Assembly: GCA_947488515.1 (NCBI GenBank)
Contig: CANKZF010000002.1
Location: 406,294 to 470,293, forward strand
From: an uncultured Nocardioides sp.
GTDB lineage: Bacteria; Actinomycetota; Actinomycetes; Propionibacteriales; Nocardioidaceae
DNA length: 64,000 nt
Direction of reading: 5' to 3'
Below are positions 17,837-27,661 of the stretch, piece after piece. The notes under the pieces were generated by a model. That model did not search any database and had not been told where the DNA came from. It saw only the letters and a program-made list of their open reading frames with translations. How positions within the stretch are numbered: position 1 is the stretch's first letter; the number at the start of each line of letters is the position of its first letter. Made by a program: the position numbers and the translations under genes.

Positions 17837-18847
17837 TCAGGAGCGGTAGACGATCACCTTGTCGCCGAGCCTGACCCGGTCGAACAGCCACTCCACGACC
17901 GCACGGTCGCGCACGTTGACGCAGCCGTGGGACGCCCCGTTGTAGCCGTTGGCCGCGAAGTCCGGGGAGTAGTGCACGGCCTGCCCGCCCGAGAAGAACA
18001 TCGCGAACGGCATCGGGGTGTTGTAGAGGCTCGACACGTGGTCGCGCGACTTGCGGAACACCGTGAACGCGCCCTCGCGCGTGGGCAGCTCGTCGGAGCC
18101 GAAGCGGACCTCGACGGTCTCGAGGACGGAGCCGTCGACGACCCAGCGCAGCGAGCGAGACGTCTTGTCGACGCACATCGCCCGGCCCGTGAGGCAGCGC
18201 GGGTCGAGGGCGGGGCCGGAGGGCACGATGTTGAAGAGCTCGGCCTTGGTCGGCTCGCGGGTCATCTCCTTGAGCCGCGTGAGGGTGCGGCGGTCGACCG
18301 CACCGGTCACCGGGATCCGGCGCTTGGCCTGGAACCCCTCCACCGCCTTCACGGTCGCCTGCGTGTAGCGACCGGTCACCCGGGCGTCGTACCAGCGGAC
18401 CTGCTTGAGCCGGGCCTGGACCTGGCGCACCCACATGCCGGTGTCGCCACGCTGCAGCAGCGGCTTGCCGGGGGTGTAGACGTTGTGCAGCGCCTCGGTC
18501 GTCGGCTGGGTCGTGAGGCTGACGATCTTGAGCCACGTGCGCTCGTCCACGACGCCGTCGGCGGTCCAGCCGCGCCGACGCTGGACGGTCGCGACGCCGT
18601 CGCGCGTCTCGCGGTCGAAGGTGTTGGTCACGACCTCGGAGTGGAGGCCGAGCTGGTGCAGCCGGCTCTGGAGCACCCGCACCCGCCAGCCGCGGTCGCC
18701 GAGCTGCATCGGCGCGAAGGCGGCACGTGAGCCCGACGCGGAGGGCGCAGCTGCGGCGGACGCGGAACCGGTCGCGGCGACGCCCGTGAGGGTGGTCAGG
18801 GCGCAGAGCAGCGCGAGGACGAGCGCGAGTGCGCGGTGGCGTGACAT
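17837..18847 (-). CDS. L,D-transpeptidase with peptidoglycan-binding repeats
   Basis: Signal peptide, repeated PG-binding-like segments (VLQSRLHQLG, VRQVQARLKQV, VEGFQAKRRIPVTG), and the YkuD catalytic motif GASHGCVNV near the C-terminus. Confidence 0.85.
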   Translation of the reverse strand: MSRHRALALVLALLCALTTLTGVAATGSASAAAAPSASGSRAAFAPMQLGDRGWRVRVLQSRLHQLGLHSEVVTNTFDRETRDGVATVQRRRGWTADGVVDERTWLKIVSLTTQPTTEALHNVYTPGKPLLQRGDTGMWVRQVQARLKQVRWYDARVTGRYTQATVKAVEGFQAKRRIPVTGAVDRRTLTRLKEMTREPTKAELFNIVPSGPALDPRCLTGRAMCVDKTSRSLRWVVDGSVLETVEVRFGSDELPTREGAFTVFRKSRDHVSSLYNTPMPFAMFFSGGQAVHYSPDFAANGYNGASHGCVNVRDRAVVEWLFDRVRLGDKVIVYRS

Positions 18848-18946
18848 GTGGGTCCTCCCGGGAAACCAGCGACGTGGTGATCATAGGGACGCACGACGAC
18901 ACCCCCACGTTGCGCCTCCCGGGGTTCGGACGCCTACGCTCGCGGC

Positions 18947-19636
18947 GTGGCCCGCGCTGACCTGGACAAGCAACCGACCGACGTACGTCGCATGTTCGAC
19001 ACCGTGGCCAAGCGCTACGACCTCACCAACGACCTCATGACGGCCGGCATCCAGCGCACTTGGCGCCGGGCGATGGTCGAGGCCGTCGCACCGCAGCGCG
19101 GCGACCTGGTCCTCGACCTCGCGGCCGGCACCGGGTGCTCGAGCGAGCCCTTCGGTGCCCACGCGGCCACCGCCGTGCCGTGCGACTTCTCCGTCGGCAT
19201 GCTCCAGCAGGGCAAGAAGGACCGGCCCTCGCTGCCGTTCGTCGCCGGCGACGGCACCCGGCTGCCGTTCCTGGACGACACCTTCGACGCGGTGACGATC
19301 TCCTACGGGCTGCGCAACTTCGTCGACCCGGTCGCGGGGCTGAGGGAGATGCTCCGCGTCACGCGCCCGGGCGGTCGCCTCGTCGTGTGCGAGTTCAGCA
19401 CGCCCACCAACGGCGCGCTGCGCACCGTCTACCTCGACGGCTTCATGCAGGCCCTGCCCCGGATCGCCTCGCTCACCGCGAGCGCGGCCGACGCCTACGT
19501 CTACCTCGCGGAGTCGATCCGTGCCTGGCCCGACCAGGAAGGGCTCGCCGCGATGGTCGCCGAGGCCGGTTGGCAGCGTCCCGAGTGGCGCAACCTCACG
19601 GGCGGCATCGTCGCCCTGCACCGCGCCACCGCCTGA
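18947..19636 (+). CDS. menG: Demethylmenaquinone methyltransferase
   Basis: 229 aa, [32 protein letters not shown] motif VLDLAAGTG, and ISYGLRNF. UbiE/MenG family next to the men and nuo genes. Confidence 0.9.
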   Translation: MARADLDKQPTDVRRMFDTVAKRYDLTNDLMTAGIQRTWRRAMVEAVAPQRGDLVLDLAAGTGCSSEPFGAHAATAVPCDFSVGMLQQGKKDRPSLPFVAGDGTRLPFLDDTFDAVTISYGLRNFVDPVAGLREMLRVTRPGGRLVVCEFSTPTNGALRTVYLDGFMQALPRIASLTASAADAYVYLAESIRAWPDQEGLAAMVAEAGWQRPEWRNLTGGIVALHRATA

Positions 19637-19646
19637 CCACCGCAAT

Positions 19647-19682
19647 GCGTATTTAGGTGACGTCAGCGTTGCCTAAATGCGC
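19647..19682 (+). terminator. AT-rich hairpin just after menG (terminator or operator upstream of nuo)
   Basis: GCGTATTTAGG / CCTAAATGCGC form an 11-bp stem with one G-U pair. The 14-nt loop contains the palindrome TGACGTCA. Starts 11 nt after the menG stop. No U-tract. Confidence 0.35.
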
Positions 19683-19836
19683 AGGTCAGCGCGGCATTGG
19701 CCGCTTCCGAATGGTCCGCACCCCGACGTGACGCACGCCGCACCGGAGTCCTAGACTGTGGCCCGCGCCACTCGTGAAGCCGTTCACAAAGTCACATGCC
19801 CGTCTGGGCGGGCGCAGGTCCACCGGAAGGGAAGCG

Positions 19837-20196
19837 ATGGAGCTCTACACGCCGATCCTGGCGCTGGCACTCATCGCGACGGGCTTCGCGGTCTTCTCCG
19901 TGATCATGAGCGCCGTCGTGGGTCCCAAGCGCTACAACCGGGCCAAGCTCGACTCCTACGAGTGCGGCATCGAGCCGACGCCGCAGCCCGTGGGCGGCGG
20001 CAGGATCCCGGTGAAGTACTTCATCACCGCGATGCTCTTCATCGTCTTCGACATCGAGATCATCTTCCTGTACCCGTGGGCCGTCCACTTCGACCAGATG
20101 GCCCTCTTCGGCCTCGTCGAGATGGTCCTCTTCATCGCAACTGTGTTCGTGGCCTACGCCTACGTGTGGCGCCGCGGCGGACTGGACTGGGACTGA
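19837..20196 (+). CDS. nuoA: NADH-quinone oxidoreductase subunit A
   Basis: MELYTPILALALIATGFAV...YECGIEP...FDIEIIFLYPWA. Start chosen at ATG 19837 after GGAAGGGAAG. Confidence 0.9.
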   Translation: MELYTPILALALIATGFAVFSVIMSAVVGPKRYNRAKLDSYECGIEPTPQPVGGGRIPVKYFITAMLFIVFDIEIIFLYPWAVHFDQMALFGLVEMVLFIATVFVAYAYVWRRGGLDWD

Positions 20197-20282
20197 CCAG
20201 CCATGAGTGAGCGAAGCGAGCGATCAATCCAGCACAGCTGCCGCCGGGCCCCGCGGCAGCCCGGAGCGAAGCGAGGACTGTC
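20197..20282 (-). repeat. nuo junction repeat element, inverted or diverged copy (nuoA/nuoB spacer)
   Basis: On the minus strand it carries the family core CGCTTCGCTC twice and a GGGGCCCGG centre inside the palindrome CTGCCGC...GCGGCAG. This orientation is opposite to the other four copies. Confidence 0.55.
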
Positions 20283-20837
20283 GTGGGTATAGAAGAGAAG
20301 CTGCCGAGCGGCGTCCTGCTGACGACCGTCGAGGGCGTCGCGGGCTACATGCGCAAGGCGTCGTTCTGGCCCGCCACCTTCGGCCTGGCCTGCTGCGCCA
20401 TCGAGATGATGACCACCGGCGGCCCCAAGTACGACCTCGCCCGCTTCGGCATGGAGGTCTTCCGCGCCAGCCCGCGTCAGGCCGACCTGATGATCGTCGC
20501 CGGCCGGGTGAGCCAGAAGATGGCCCCGGTCCTGCGCCAGATCTACGACCAGATGCCCGAGCCCAAGTGGGTCCTCGCGATGGGTGTGTGCGCCTCGTCG
20601 GGCGGCATGTTCAACAACTACGCGGTCGTCCAGGGCGTCGACCACGTCGTGCCCGTCGACATGTACCTCCCCGGCTGCCCGCCGCGCCCGGAGATGCTCA
20701 TCGACGCGATCCTCAAGCTGCACGACCAGGTCCAGCAGACCAAGCTGGGCGCCAACCGTCGTGACGAGGTCGCCGAGCTCGAGACCGCCGCCCTGCGCGC
20801 GCTGCCCACCTCGGAGATGAAGGGCCTGCTGCGATGA
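20283..20837 (+). CDS. nuoB: NADH-quinone oxidoreductase subunit B
   Basis: [17 protein letters not shown]...[11 protein letters not shown]...GCPPRPE (N2 cluster cysteines). Confidence 0.95.
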   Translation: MGIEEKLPSGVLLTTVEGVAGYMRKASFWPATFGLACCAIEMMTTGGPKYDLARFGMEVFRASPRQADLMIVAGRVSQKMAPVLRQIYDQMPEPKWVLAMGVCASSGGMFNNYAVVQGVDHVVPVDMYLPGCPPRPEMLIDAILKLHDQVQQTKLGANRRDEVAELETAALRALPTSEMKGLLR

Positions 20838-21685
20838 GCGACAAGCCAGACGAGAAGCACGCCGGCAAGGCCCAGGACGAGTCGGACGACAAGACGGACA
20901 AGAACGAGGCGGCGCGTCCCGCCGAGGAGCGCAACCTCGAGAAGGCCAAGTCCGAGACCGGCACCGGCAGCGGCGTCGAGCAGCCCGCGCCCGAGCAGTC
21001 GCCGGAGAACCTCCCCGCACCGACCGGGGAGGTGCACGCGGTCGGCGAGCGCCGCGGCATGTTCGGCGTCAGCGGCACCGGCGACACCTCCGGCTACGGC
21101 GGCCTCGTCAGCGCGAAGGTCTTCCCGTCCCCGTCGCAGAAGCCCTACGGCGGCTGGTTCGACGACGTGGCGGGCGCGCTGGAGGCGCGGCTCGAGGCCA
21201 CCGACCTCACCTCGGCGATCGAGAGCGTCGTGGTGCACCGCGGCGAGATCACCTTCCACGTCCGCCGCGAGGACCTGCCCTTCGTGGCGCAGATGCTGCG
21301 TGACGACGAGGCGCTGCGCTTCGAGCTCTGCTCCGGTGTCAGCGGTGTCCACTACCCCGACGACCACGGTCGCGAGCTGCACGCCGTCTACCACCTGACG
21401 TCGATGACCCACAACCGCCTGATCCGCGTCGAGGTCACCGCACCGGACAGCGACCCCCACCTGCCGAGCCTGGTGAGCATCTACCCGACGCTCGACTGGC
21501 ACGAGCGCGAGACGTACGACATGTTCGGGCTGATCTTCGACGGTCACCCCGCTCTGACCCGGGTGCTCATGCCGGACGACTGGCCGGGCCACCCGCAGCG
21601 CAAGGACTACCCCCTCGGCGGCATCCCCGTGGAGTACAAGGGTGGGTCCATCCCTCCGCCGGACCAGCGCAGGAGCTACAACTGA
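20834..21685 (+). CDS. nuoC: NADH-quinone oxidoreductase subunit C (with a charged low-complexity N-terminal extension)
   Basis: ATGA overlap with nuoB. Conserved part runs from [20 protein letters not shown] to [20 protein letters not shown]. Confidence 0.9.
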   Translation: MSDKPDEKHAGKAQDESDDKTDKNEAARPAEERNLEKAKSETGTGSGVEQPAPEQSPENLPAPTGEVHAVGERRGMFGVSGTGDTSGYGGLVSAKVFPSPSQKPYGGWFDDVAGALEARLEATDLTSAIESVVVHRGEITFHVRREDLPFVAQMLRDDEALRFELCSGVSGVHYPDDHGRELHAVYHLTSMTHNRLIRVEVTAPDSDPHLPSLVSIYPTLDWHERETYDMFGLIFDGHPALTRVLMPDDWPGHPQRKDYPLGGIPVEYKGGSIPPPDQRRSYN

Positions 21686-21773
21686 TGGCACCCCACGACG
21701 TTCTTCGTCTCCTTCGCTTCGCTCCCCCGCCGAACAAAGGGGCGGGGACCCCGCCCCTTGGGAAGGGTCTGTC
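21686..21773 (+). repeat. nuo junction repeat element (nuoC/nuoD spacer) with a bridging mini-ORF 21685-21777
   Basis: CACCCCACGACGTTCTTCGTCTCCTTCGCTTCGCTCCCCCGCCGAACAAAGGGGCGGGGACCCCG.... A mini-frame runs from ATG 21685 (overlapping the nuoC TGA) to TGA 21775-21777 (overlapping the nuoD ATG 21774). Confidence 0.8.
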
Positions 21774-23114
21774 ATGACGACCGAACAGGACTTCTACGCC
21801 GCGCCCGGCGACACCAGCCAGGGCAAGGTCTTCACCGTCACCGGCCAGGACTGGGACTCGATCACGCAGAGCATCGGCGAGTCCGCCGAGGAGCGGGTCG
21901 TGGTCAACATGGGCCCGCAGCACCCGTCGACCCACGGGGTGCTCCGCCTCATCCTGGAGCTCGAGGGCGAGACGGTCACCGAGGCCCGCTGCGGCATCGG
22001 CTACCTGCACACGGGCATCGAGAAGAACATGGAGTACCGCTCCTGGGTGCAGGGCACGACGTTCTGCACCCGCATGGACTACCTCTCCCCGTTCTTCAAC
22101 GAGGCGACCTACGCGCTCGGCGTCGAGCGGCTGCTCGACATCGAGGACGACGTCCCGGAGAAGGCGCAGGTCATGCGGGTGCTCCTCATGGAGCTCAACC
22201 GGATGTCCTCCCACCTGGTCGCCATCGCGACCGGCGGGATGGAGATCGGCGCCCTGACCGTCATGACCATCGGCTTCCGCGAGCGTGAGCTCGTGCTCGA
22301 CCTGTTCGAGCTGATCACCGGCCTCCGGATGAACCACGCGTTCATCCGTCCCGGCGGCGTCGCCCAGGACCTGCCGCCCGGCGCGCTCGACGAGATCCGC
22401 GACTTCATCGCCCTGATGAGGAAGCGGCTGCCGGAGTACGCCGCCCTCTGCAACGCCAACCCGATCTTCAAGGGCCGTCTCGAGGGCGTCGGCCACCTCG
22501 ACCTCGCCGGGTGCATCGCGCTCGGGCTCACCGGTCCGGTGCTCCGCTCCACTGGCTACGCCTGGGACCTGCGCAAGACCCAGCCCTACTGCGGCTACGA
22601 GGACTACGACTTCGAGGTCCAGACCTGGGACACCGCCGACTCCTACGGCCGGTTCCGCATCCGACTCAACGAGATGTGGGAGTCGCTCAAGATCGTCGAG
22701 CAGGCCGCCGACCGCCTCGCCGGCCTCGAGGGCGCGCCCGTGATGGTGGGCGACAAGAAGATCGCGTGGCCCAGCCAGCTCGCGATCGGCAGCGACGGCA
22801 TGGGCAACAGCCTCGACCACATCCGCCACATCATGGGCGAGTCGATGGAGGCACTGATCCACCACTTCAAGCTGGTCACCGAGGGCTTCCGCGTCCCGGC
22901 CGGCCAGGCCTACGTCCCGATCGAGTCGCCCCGCGGCGAGCTGGGCGCCCACGTCGTCTCCGACGGCGGCACGCGTCCCTTCCGTGCGCACTTCCGCGAC
23001 CCGTCGTTCACCAACCTGCAGGCGACGAGCGTGATGAGCGAGGGCGGCATGGTCGCCGACGTCATCGTCGCCATCGCCTCGATCGACCCCGTCATGGGAG
23101 GAGTCGACCGATGA
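21774..23114 (+). CDS. nuoD: NADH-quinone oxidoreductase subunit D
   Basis: MTTEQDFY...[22 protein letters not shown]...; C-terminal [16 protein letters not shown]. Confidence 0.95.
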   Translation: MTTEQDFYAAPGDTSQGKVFTVTGQDWDSITQSIGESAEERVVVNMGPQHPSTHGVLRLILELEGETVTEARCGIGYLHTGIEKNMEYRSWVQGTTFCTRMDYLSPFFNEATYALGVERLLDIEDDVPEKAQVMRVLLMELNRMSSHLVAIATGGMEIGALTVMTIGFRERELVLDLFELITGLRMNHAFIRPGGVAQDLPPGALDEIRDFIALMRKRLPEYAALCNANPIFKGRLEGVGHLDLAGCIALGLTGPVLRSTGYAWDLRKTQPYCGYEDYDFEVQTWDTADSYGRFRIRLNEMWESLKIVEQAADRLAGLEGAPVMVGDKKIAWPSQLAIGSDGMGNSLDHIRHIMGESMEALIHHFKLVTEGFRVPAGQAYVPIESPRGELGAHVVSDGGTRPFRAHFRDPSFTNLQATSVMSEGGMVADVIVAIASIDPVMGGVDR

Positions 23115-23184
23115 GTCACCCCACGAGCTTCTCGTCCTCCTCCGCTCCGCTCCTCCGCCCGACGACTTCGAGGGGACCCCGACG
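23115..23184 (+). repeat. nuo junction repeat element (nuoD/nuoE spacer) with a bridging mini-ORF 23111-23188
   Basis: CACCCCACGAGCTTCTCGTCCTCCTCCGCTCCGCTCCTCCGCCCGACGACTTCGAGGGGACCCCGA. Mini-[28 protein letters not shown] starts in ATGA at the nuoD stop and ends in ATGA at the nuoE start. CGATGAG is duplicated at both ends. Confidence 0.85.
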
Positions 23185-23907
23185 ATGAGCCACCAGCCCA
23201 ACGGGGCCGACGGCCTCGAGCGCGCCGGCCTGGGCGAGAAGACCTGGGCGGAGATGCGCGAGATCGCAGACCGCTACCCCGAGAAGCGCTCCGGCCTGCT
23301 GCCGATGCTGCACCTGGTGCAGTCGGTCGAGGGCCGGATCACGCCCGAGGGCATCGAGGCGTGCGCGGAGATCCTCGGGATCAGCGCCGCCGAGGTCAAC
23401 GGGGTCGCGACGTTCTACACGATGTACAAGCGCAAGCCGGTCGGCGACTACCACGTCGGCGTCTGCACCAACACGCTGTGCGCGGTCATGGGCGGCGACC
23501 TGATCTTCGAGCGGCTCAAGGACCACCTCGACGTCGGCAACGACGAGACCACCGAGGACGGCAAGATCACCCTCGAGCACGTCGAGTGCAACGCGGCCTG
23601 CGACTACGCCCCGGTGATGATGGTCAACTGGGAGTTCATGGACAACCAGACGCCCGAGTCGGCCGTCCAGGTCGTCGACGACCTGCGCGCCGGCCGGGAG
23701 GTCCACTCGACCCGCGGTCCGCGGCTGTGCACCTGGCGCGAGGCCGAGCGCGTGCTCGCCGGCTTCCCCGACGACCGCGCCGACGAGGGGCCGGCCGCCG
23801 GCCCCGCCTCGCTGGCCGGCCTGGCCGTCGCCCGCGAGAAGGGCTGGACGGCGGGCGCCGACAGGTCAGCCACGGAGTCCTCGGGAGCCAAGGGAGAGAG
23901 CAAGTGA
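23185..23907 (+). CDS. nuoE: NADH-quinone oxidoreductase subunit E
   Basis: 240 aa, RSGLLPMLHLVQ...VGVCTNTLCAVMGG...ECNAACDYAPVMMVN (2Fe-2S ligands). Confidence 0.95.
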   Translation: MSHQPNGADGLERAGLGEKTWAEMREIADRYPEKRSGLLPMLHLVQSVEGRITPEGIEACAEILGISAAEVNGVATFYTMYKRKPVGDYHVGVCTNTLCAVMGGDLIFERLKDHLDVGNDETTEDGKITLEHVECNAACDYAPVMMVNWEFMDNQTPESAVQVVDDLRAGREVHSTRGPRLCTWREAERVLAGFPDDRADEGPAAGPASLAGLAVAREKGWTAGADRSATESSGAKGESK

Positions 23908-25214
23908 CGGACACCCTGACCCCGGTCCTCACCGACAACTGGGACGCCGACCGCGCCTGGACGTTGGCGTCGTACGAGGAGCGCGGTGGCTACGCCGCCC
24001 TCGACAAGGCGTTCGCGATGACGCCCGACGCCGTGATCGACACCGTCAAGGACTCCGGTCTCCGCGGCCGCGGTGGCGCCGGCTTCCCGACGGGCATGAA
24101 GTGGGGCTTCATCCCGCAGGACAACCCGAGGCCGAAGTACCTCGTCGTCAACGCCGACGAGTCCGAGCCCGGGACGTGCAAGGACATCCCGCTGATGATG
24201 GCCAGCCCCCACACGCTGGTCGAGGGCGTCATCGTCAGCTCCTACGCCATCCGCGCCAACACCGCGTTCATCTACGTGCGCGGCGAGGTCCTCCACGTCA
24301 TCCGCCGCCTGCAGCGCGCGGTGCAGGAGGCCTACCTGGCCGGCCACCTCGGCAAGAACATCCACGGCTCGGGCTACGACCTCGACCTCATCGTGCACGC
24401 AGGTGCCGGCGCCTACATCTGCGGCGAGGAGACGGCCCTGCTCGAGGGCCTCGAGGGTCGCCGCGGCCAGCCGCGCCTGCGGCCGCCGTTCCCCGCCGTC
24501 GCCGGCCTCTACGCCAGCCCGACGGTGATCAACAACGTCGAGTCGATCGCGTCGGTGCCGAGCATCATCACCAACGGCGCCGCCTGGTTCGCCGGGATGG
24601 GCACCGAGAAGTCCAACGGCTTCGGCATCTTCAGCCTGTCGGGTCACGTGACGAACCCGGGCCAGTACGAGGCGCCGCTGGGCATCACCCTGCGTGAGCT
24701 CATCGACCTCGCCGGCGGGATGCGCGAGGGTCACGAGCTGAAGTTCTGGACCCCCGGCGGGTCGAGCACCCCGCTCCTGACGCCGGAGCACCTCGACGTG
24801 CCGCTCGACTTCGAGTCCGTCGGCGCTGCCGGCTCCATGCTGGGCACGCGCGCCCTGCAGCTCTTCGACGAGACCACCTGCGTGGTCCGCGCTGTGCTGC
24901 GGTGGACCGAGTTCTACAAGCACGAGTCCTGCGGCAAGTGCACCCCGTGCCGCGAGGGCACGTGGTGGCTGACGCAGACGATGGCCCGCCTCGAGAAGGG
25001 CCAGGGGGACGAGGGCGACCTCGACCTGCTGCTCGACCAGTGCGACAACATCCTGGGCCGCTCGTTCTGCGCCCTCGGCGACGGCGCGACCAGCCCCATC
25101 TCGAGCTCCATCCAGCACTTCCGCGACGAGTACCTCGCACACCTGACCCACGGCGGCTGCCCGTTCGACCCGGCCGCCTCGACCGCCTTCGCACCCGTGG
25201 GAGCCCCCGCATGA
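23904..25214 (+). CDS. nuoF: NADH-quinone oxidoreductase subunit F
   Basis: GTGA overlap with nuo[14 protein letters not shown] (FMN site), [27 protein letters not shown] (4Fe-4S). Confidence 0.95.
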   Translation: MTDTLTPVLTDNWDADRAWTLASYEERGGYAALDKAFAMTPDAVIDTVKDSGLRGRGGAGFPTGMKWGFIPQDNPRPKYLVVNADESEPGTCKDIPLMMASPHTLVEGVIVSSYAIRANTAFIYVRGEVLHVIRRLQRAVQEAYLAGHLGKNIHGSGYDLDLIVHAGAGAYICGEETALLEGLEGRRGQPRLRPPFPAVAGLYASPTVINNVESIASVPSIITNGAAWFAGMGTEKSNGFGIFSLSGHVTNPGQYEAPLGITLRELIDLAGGMREGHELKFWTPGGSSTPLLTPEHLDVPLDFESVGAAGSMLGTRALQLFDETTCVVRAVLRWTEFYKHESCGKCTPCREGTWWLTQTMARLEKGQGDEGDLDLLLDQCDNILGRSFCALGDGATSPISSSIQHFRDEYLAHLTHGGCPFDPAASTAFAPVGAPA

Positions 25215-27661
25215 GCACCACCGACAAGGCGCCCGAGAAGGTCGACACCGGCCTGGTCACCCTGACCATCGACGGCGTCCAGGTCAGCGTCCCGAAGGAC
25301 ACCCTGGTCATCCGCGCCGCCGAGCAGGTCGGGGTGCAGATCCCGCGCTTCTGCGACCACCCGCTGCTCGACCCGGTCGGCGCCTGCCGCCAGTGCCTGG
25401 TCGACATCCCCGACGCCGGCAACGGACGCGGCTTCCCCAAGCCGCAGGCCTCGTGCACCTTGCCGGTCGCGGAGGGTATGGTCGTCAACACCCAGGCGAC
25501 CAGCGAGGTCGCCGACAAGGCGCAGCAGGGCATCATGGAGTTCCTGCTCATCAACCACCCGCTCGACTGCCCGGTCTGCGACAAGGGCGGCGAGTGCCCC
25601 CTCCAGAACCAGGCCATGAGCAACGGCCGTGGCGAGAGCCGGTTCGCCGAGCGAGGCGGCATCAAGCGCACCTTCCCCAAGCCGATCAACATCTCCGCCC
25701 AGGTCCTGCTCGACCGCGAGCGCTGCGTGCTGTGCGCTCGCTGCACCCGCTTCTCCGAGCAGGTCGCCGGCGACCCCTTCATCGCCCTCGCCGAGCGTGG
25801 CGCGCTGCAGCAGGTCGCGATCTACGAGCGCGAGCCCTACGAGAGCTACTTCTCCGGCAACGCGATCCAGATCTGCCCGGTAGGTGCGCTCACGTCGGCC
25901 GACTACCGCTTCCGCTCGCGTCCCTTCGACCTCGTCTCCACGCCGGGTGTCGCCGAGCACGACGCCTGTGGTGCCGCGATCCGCGTGGACCACCGCCGCG
26001 GCAAGGTCATGCGGCGCCTCGCCGGCAACGACCCCGAGGTCAACGAGGAGTGGATCAGCGACAAGGACCGCTTCGCGTTCCGCTACGCCCAGGTCGCCGA
26101 CCGGATCACCTACCCGCAGGTCCGCGAGGACGGCGAGCTGCGCCCCGCGTCGTGGACCGAGGCGTTCGCCGTCGCCGCCCGCGGCCTCCGCGACGCCGGC
26201 GCTGCGGCCGTGCTCACCGGCGGCCGGCTCACCGCCGAGGACGCCTACGCCTACGCGAAGTTCGCCCGGGTCTCCCTCGGCACCAACGACATCGACTTCC
26301 GAGCCCGCCCGCACACCGCGGAGGAGGCGAGCTTCCTCGCCTCCCACGTCGCGCTGTCCGGTGACGTCACCTACGCCGACCTCGAGGCCGCGCCCGTCGT
26401 GGTGCTGCTCGGCCTCGAGCCCGAGGACGAGGCGGCCACGCTCTTCCTGCGGCTGCGCAAGGCCGCCCAGCGCGGTCGTACGCAGGTCGTGTCGGTGGCG
26501 TCCCACGCCTCGCGCGGACTGACGAAGATGAACGGCCGGCTCGTCCCGGCCGCTCCCGGCACCGAGGTCGAGGTGATCGGCTCCCTCAAGGACGCCGAGC
26601 ACGGCGTCACCAAGGACGCCGTCATCCTGGTCGGCGAGCGCCTGGCCCAGACGCACGGCGCGCTCAGCGCCGCCGCCGACCTCGCGGCCGGCACCGGTGC
26701 CCGCATCGCCTGGGTGCCGCGACGTGCGGGTGACCGCGGCGCGGTCGAGGCCGGCGCGCTGCCCAACCTGCTGCCCGGCGGACGTCCGCTCACCGAGGCG
26801 TCCGCGCGCGTCGACCTGGGCGCCGCGTGGGGTGCGGACACCCTCCCGGCCAAGGTCGGCCGTGACGGCAACGCGATCGTCGCGGCGCTGGCCAAGGGTG
26901 ACCTCGGCGGCCTCGTCGTCGGTGGGGTCGACCCCGACGACACCGCCGACCCGGCCGCGTTCCGCGCCGCCCTCGACGCCGCCCGCTTCGTCGTCAGCCT
27001 CGAGCTGCGCGAGACCGACGTGACCCGCGTGGCCGACGTCGTCCTGCCGGTGGCCCCGGTCGCCGACAAGGCCGGCACCTTCGTCACGTGGGACGGACGT
27101 GCGAGGTCCTTCGACGCGGTGTTCGCCAACCCGGCCTCGCTGCCCGACCTGCGGGTCCTGTCGGGCATCGCCGACGAGCTCGCCGCGATCGGTCACGGAC
27201 GCCCGCTCGGCTTCCGCACGGTCGCGGAGGTGCGCGACGAGATGCAGTCTCTCGGCCCGTGGGACGGTGCGCGCCCGGCGCTCGACGCCGGCAAGGCGCC
27301 GAAGCCGGTCAAGGCGCCCAGGAAGGGCGAGACCGCCTTCGCCCTCGCCACCTGGAAGCAGCTCGTCGACCTCGGCTCGATGCAGGACGGCGAGGAGCAC
27401 CTGCGGGCCACCGCCCGCAGGCCGGTCGCCCGCGTCAGCCGCGCGTCGTACGAGTCCGTGCTCGGCATGCTCGAGGCACAGCCCGGCGGCGACCAGCTCG
27501 TCACGGTCACCGGTGACCGCGGCAGCGTGACGCTGCCCGTCGTGGTCGCCGACATGCCCGACGGCGTCGTCTGGGTCCCGGCCCGGTCCTTCGGCCGCGG
27601 TGTCCTCGCCGAGCTGGCCTCGCCCGGCAGCACGGTCACCCTGAAGGGAGCCACCTCATGA
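25211..27661 (+). CDS. nuoG: NADH-quinone oxidoreductase subunit G
   Basis: ATGA overlap with nuo[14 protein letters not shown]...[17 protein letters not shown]...[18 protein letters not shown], 816 aa. Confidence 0.95.
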   Translation: MSTTDKAPEKVDTGLVTLTIDGVQVSVPKDTLVIRAAEQVGVQIPRFCDHPLLDPVGACRQCLVDIPDAGNGRGFPKPQASCTLPVAEGMVVNTQATSEVADKAQQGIMEFLLINHPLDCPVCDKGGECPLQNQAMSNGRGESRFAERGGIKRTFPKPINISAQVLLDRERCVLCARCTRFSEQVAGDPFIALAERGALQQVAIYEREPYESYFSGNAIQICPVGALTSADYRFRSRPFDLVSTPGVAEHDACGAAIRVDHRRGKVMRRLAGNDPEVNEEWISDKDRFAFRYAQVADRITYPQVREDGELRPASWTEAFAVAARGLRDAGAAAVLTGGRLTAEDAYAYAKFARVSLGTNDIDFRARPHTAEEASFLASHVALSGDVTYADLEAAPVVVLLGLEPEDEAATLFLRLRKAAQRGRTQVVSVASHASRGLTKMNGRLVPAAPGTEVEVIGSLKDAEHGVTKDAVILVGERLAQTHGALSAAADLAAGTGARIAWVPRRAGDRGAVEAGALPNLLPGGRPLTEASARVDLGAAWGADTLPAKVGRDGNAIVAALAKGDLGGLVVGGVDPDDTADPAAFRAALDAARFVVSLELRETDVTRVADVVLPVAPVADKAGTFVTWDGRARSFDAVFANPASLPDLRVLSGIADELAAIGHGRPLGFRTVAEVRDEMQSLGPWDGARPALDAGKAPKPVKAPRKGETAFALATWKQLVDLGSMQDGEEHLRATARRPVARVSRASYESVLGMLEAQPGGDQLVTVTGDRGSVTLPVVVADMPDGVVWVPARSFGRGVLAELASPGSTVTLKGATS

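Noticed and set aside
20207-20764. 185-aa ORF starting in the nuoA/nuoB spacer and overlapping nuoB out of frame
   Set aside because: Arg/Pro/Gly-rich translation overlapping the clearly conserved NuoB frame. Only its first few codons, inside the repeat element, are of any interest.
20834-21060. The ~70-aa charged N-terminal extension of NuoC as another inserted repeat or a mis-called start
   Set aside because: It has no similarity to the junction repeat family. The ATGA overlap with nuoB supports the upstream start, and no alternative gene fits the interval. I kept it as a low-complexity extension.
24914-27400. 828-aa minus-strand ORF antisense to nuoF and nuoG. Similar long antisense or off-frame ORFs occur at 114-1415, 2046-3452, 2072-3844, 9790-11271, 23604-25151, 27193-28869, 29436-31208, 31120-32448, 32775-34280, 34238-35935 and 43619-45664.
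   Set aside because: All overlap genes with unambiguous family signatures on the other strand or frame. All have Arg/Gly/Asp/His-rich low-complexity translations. None has a ribosome-binding site context that I could see.
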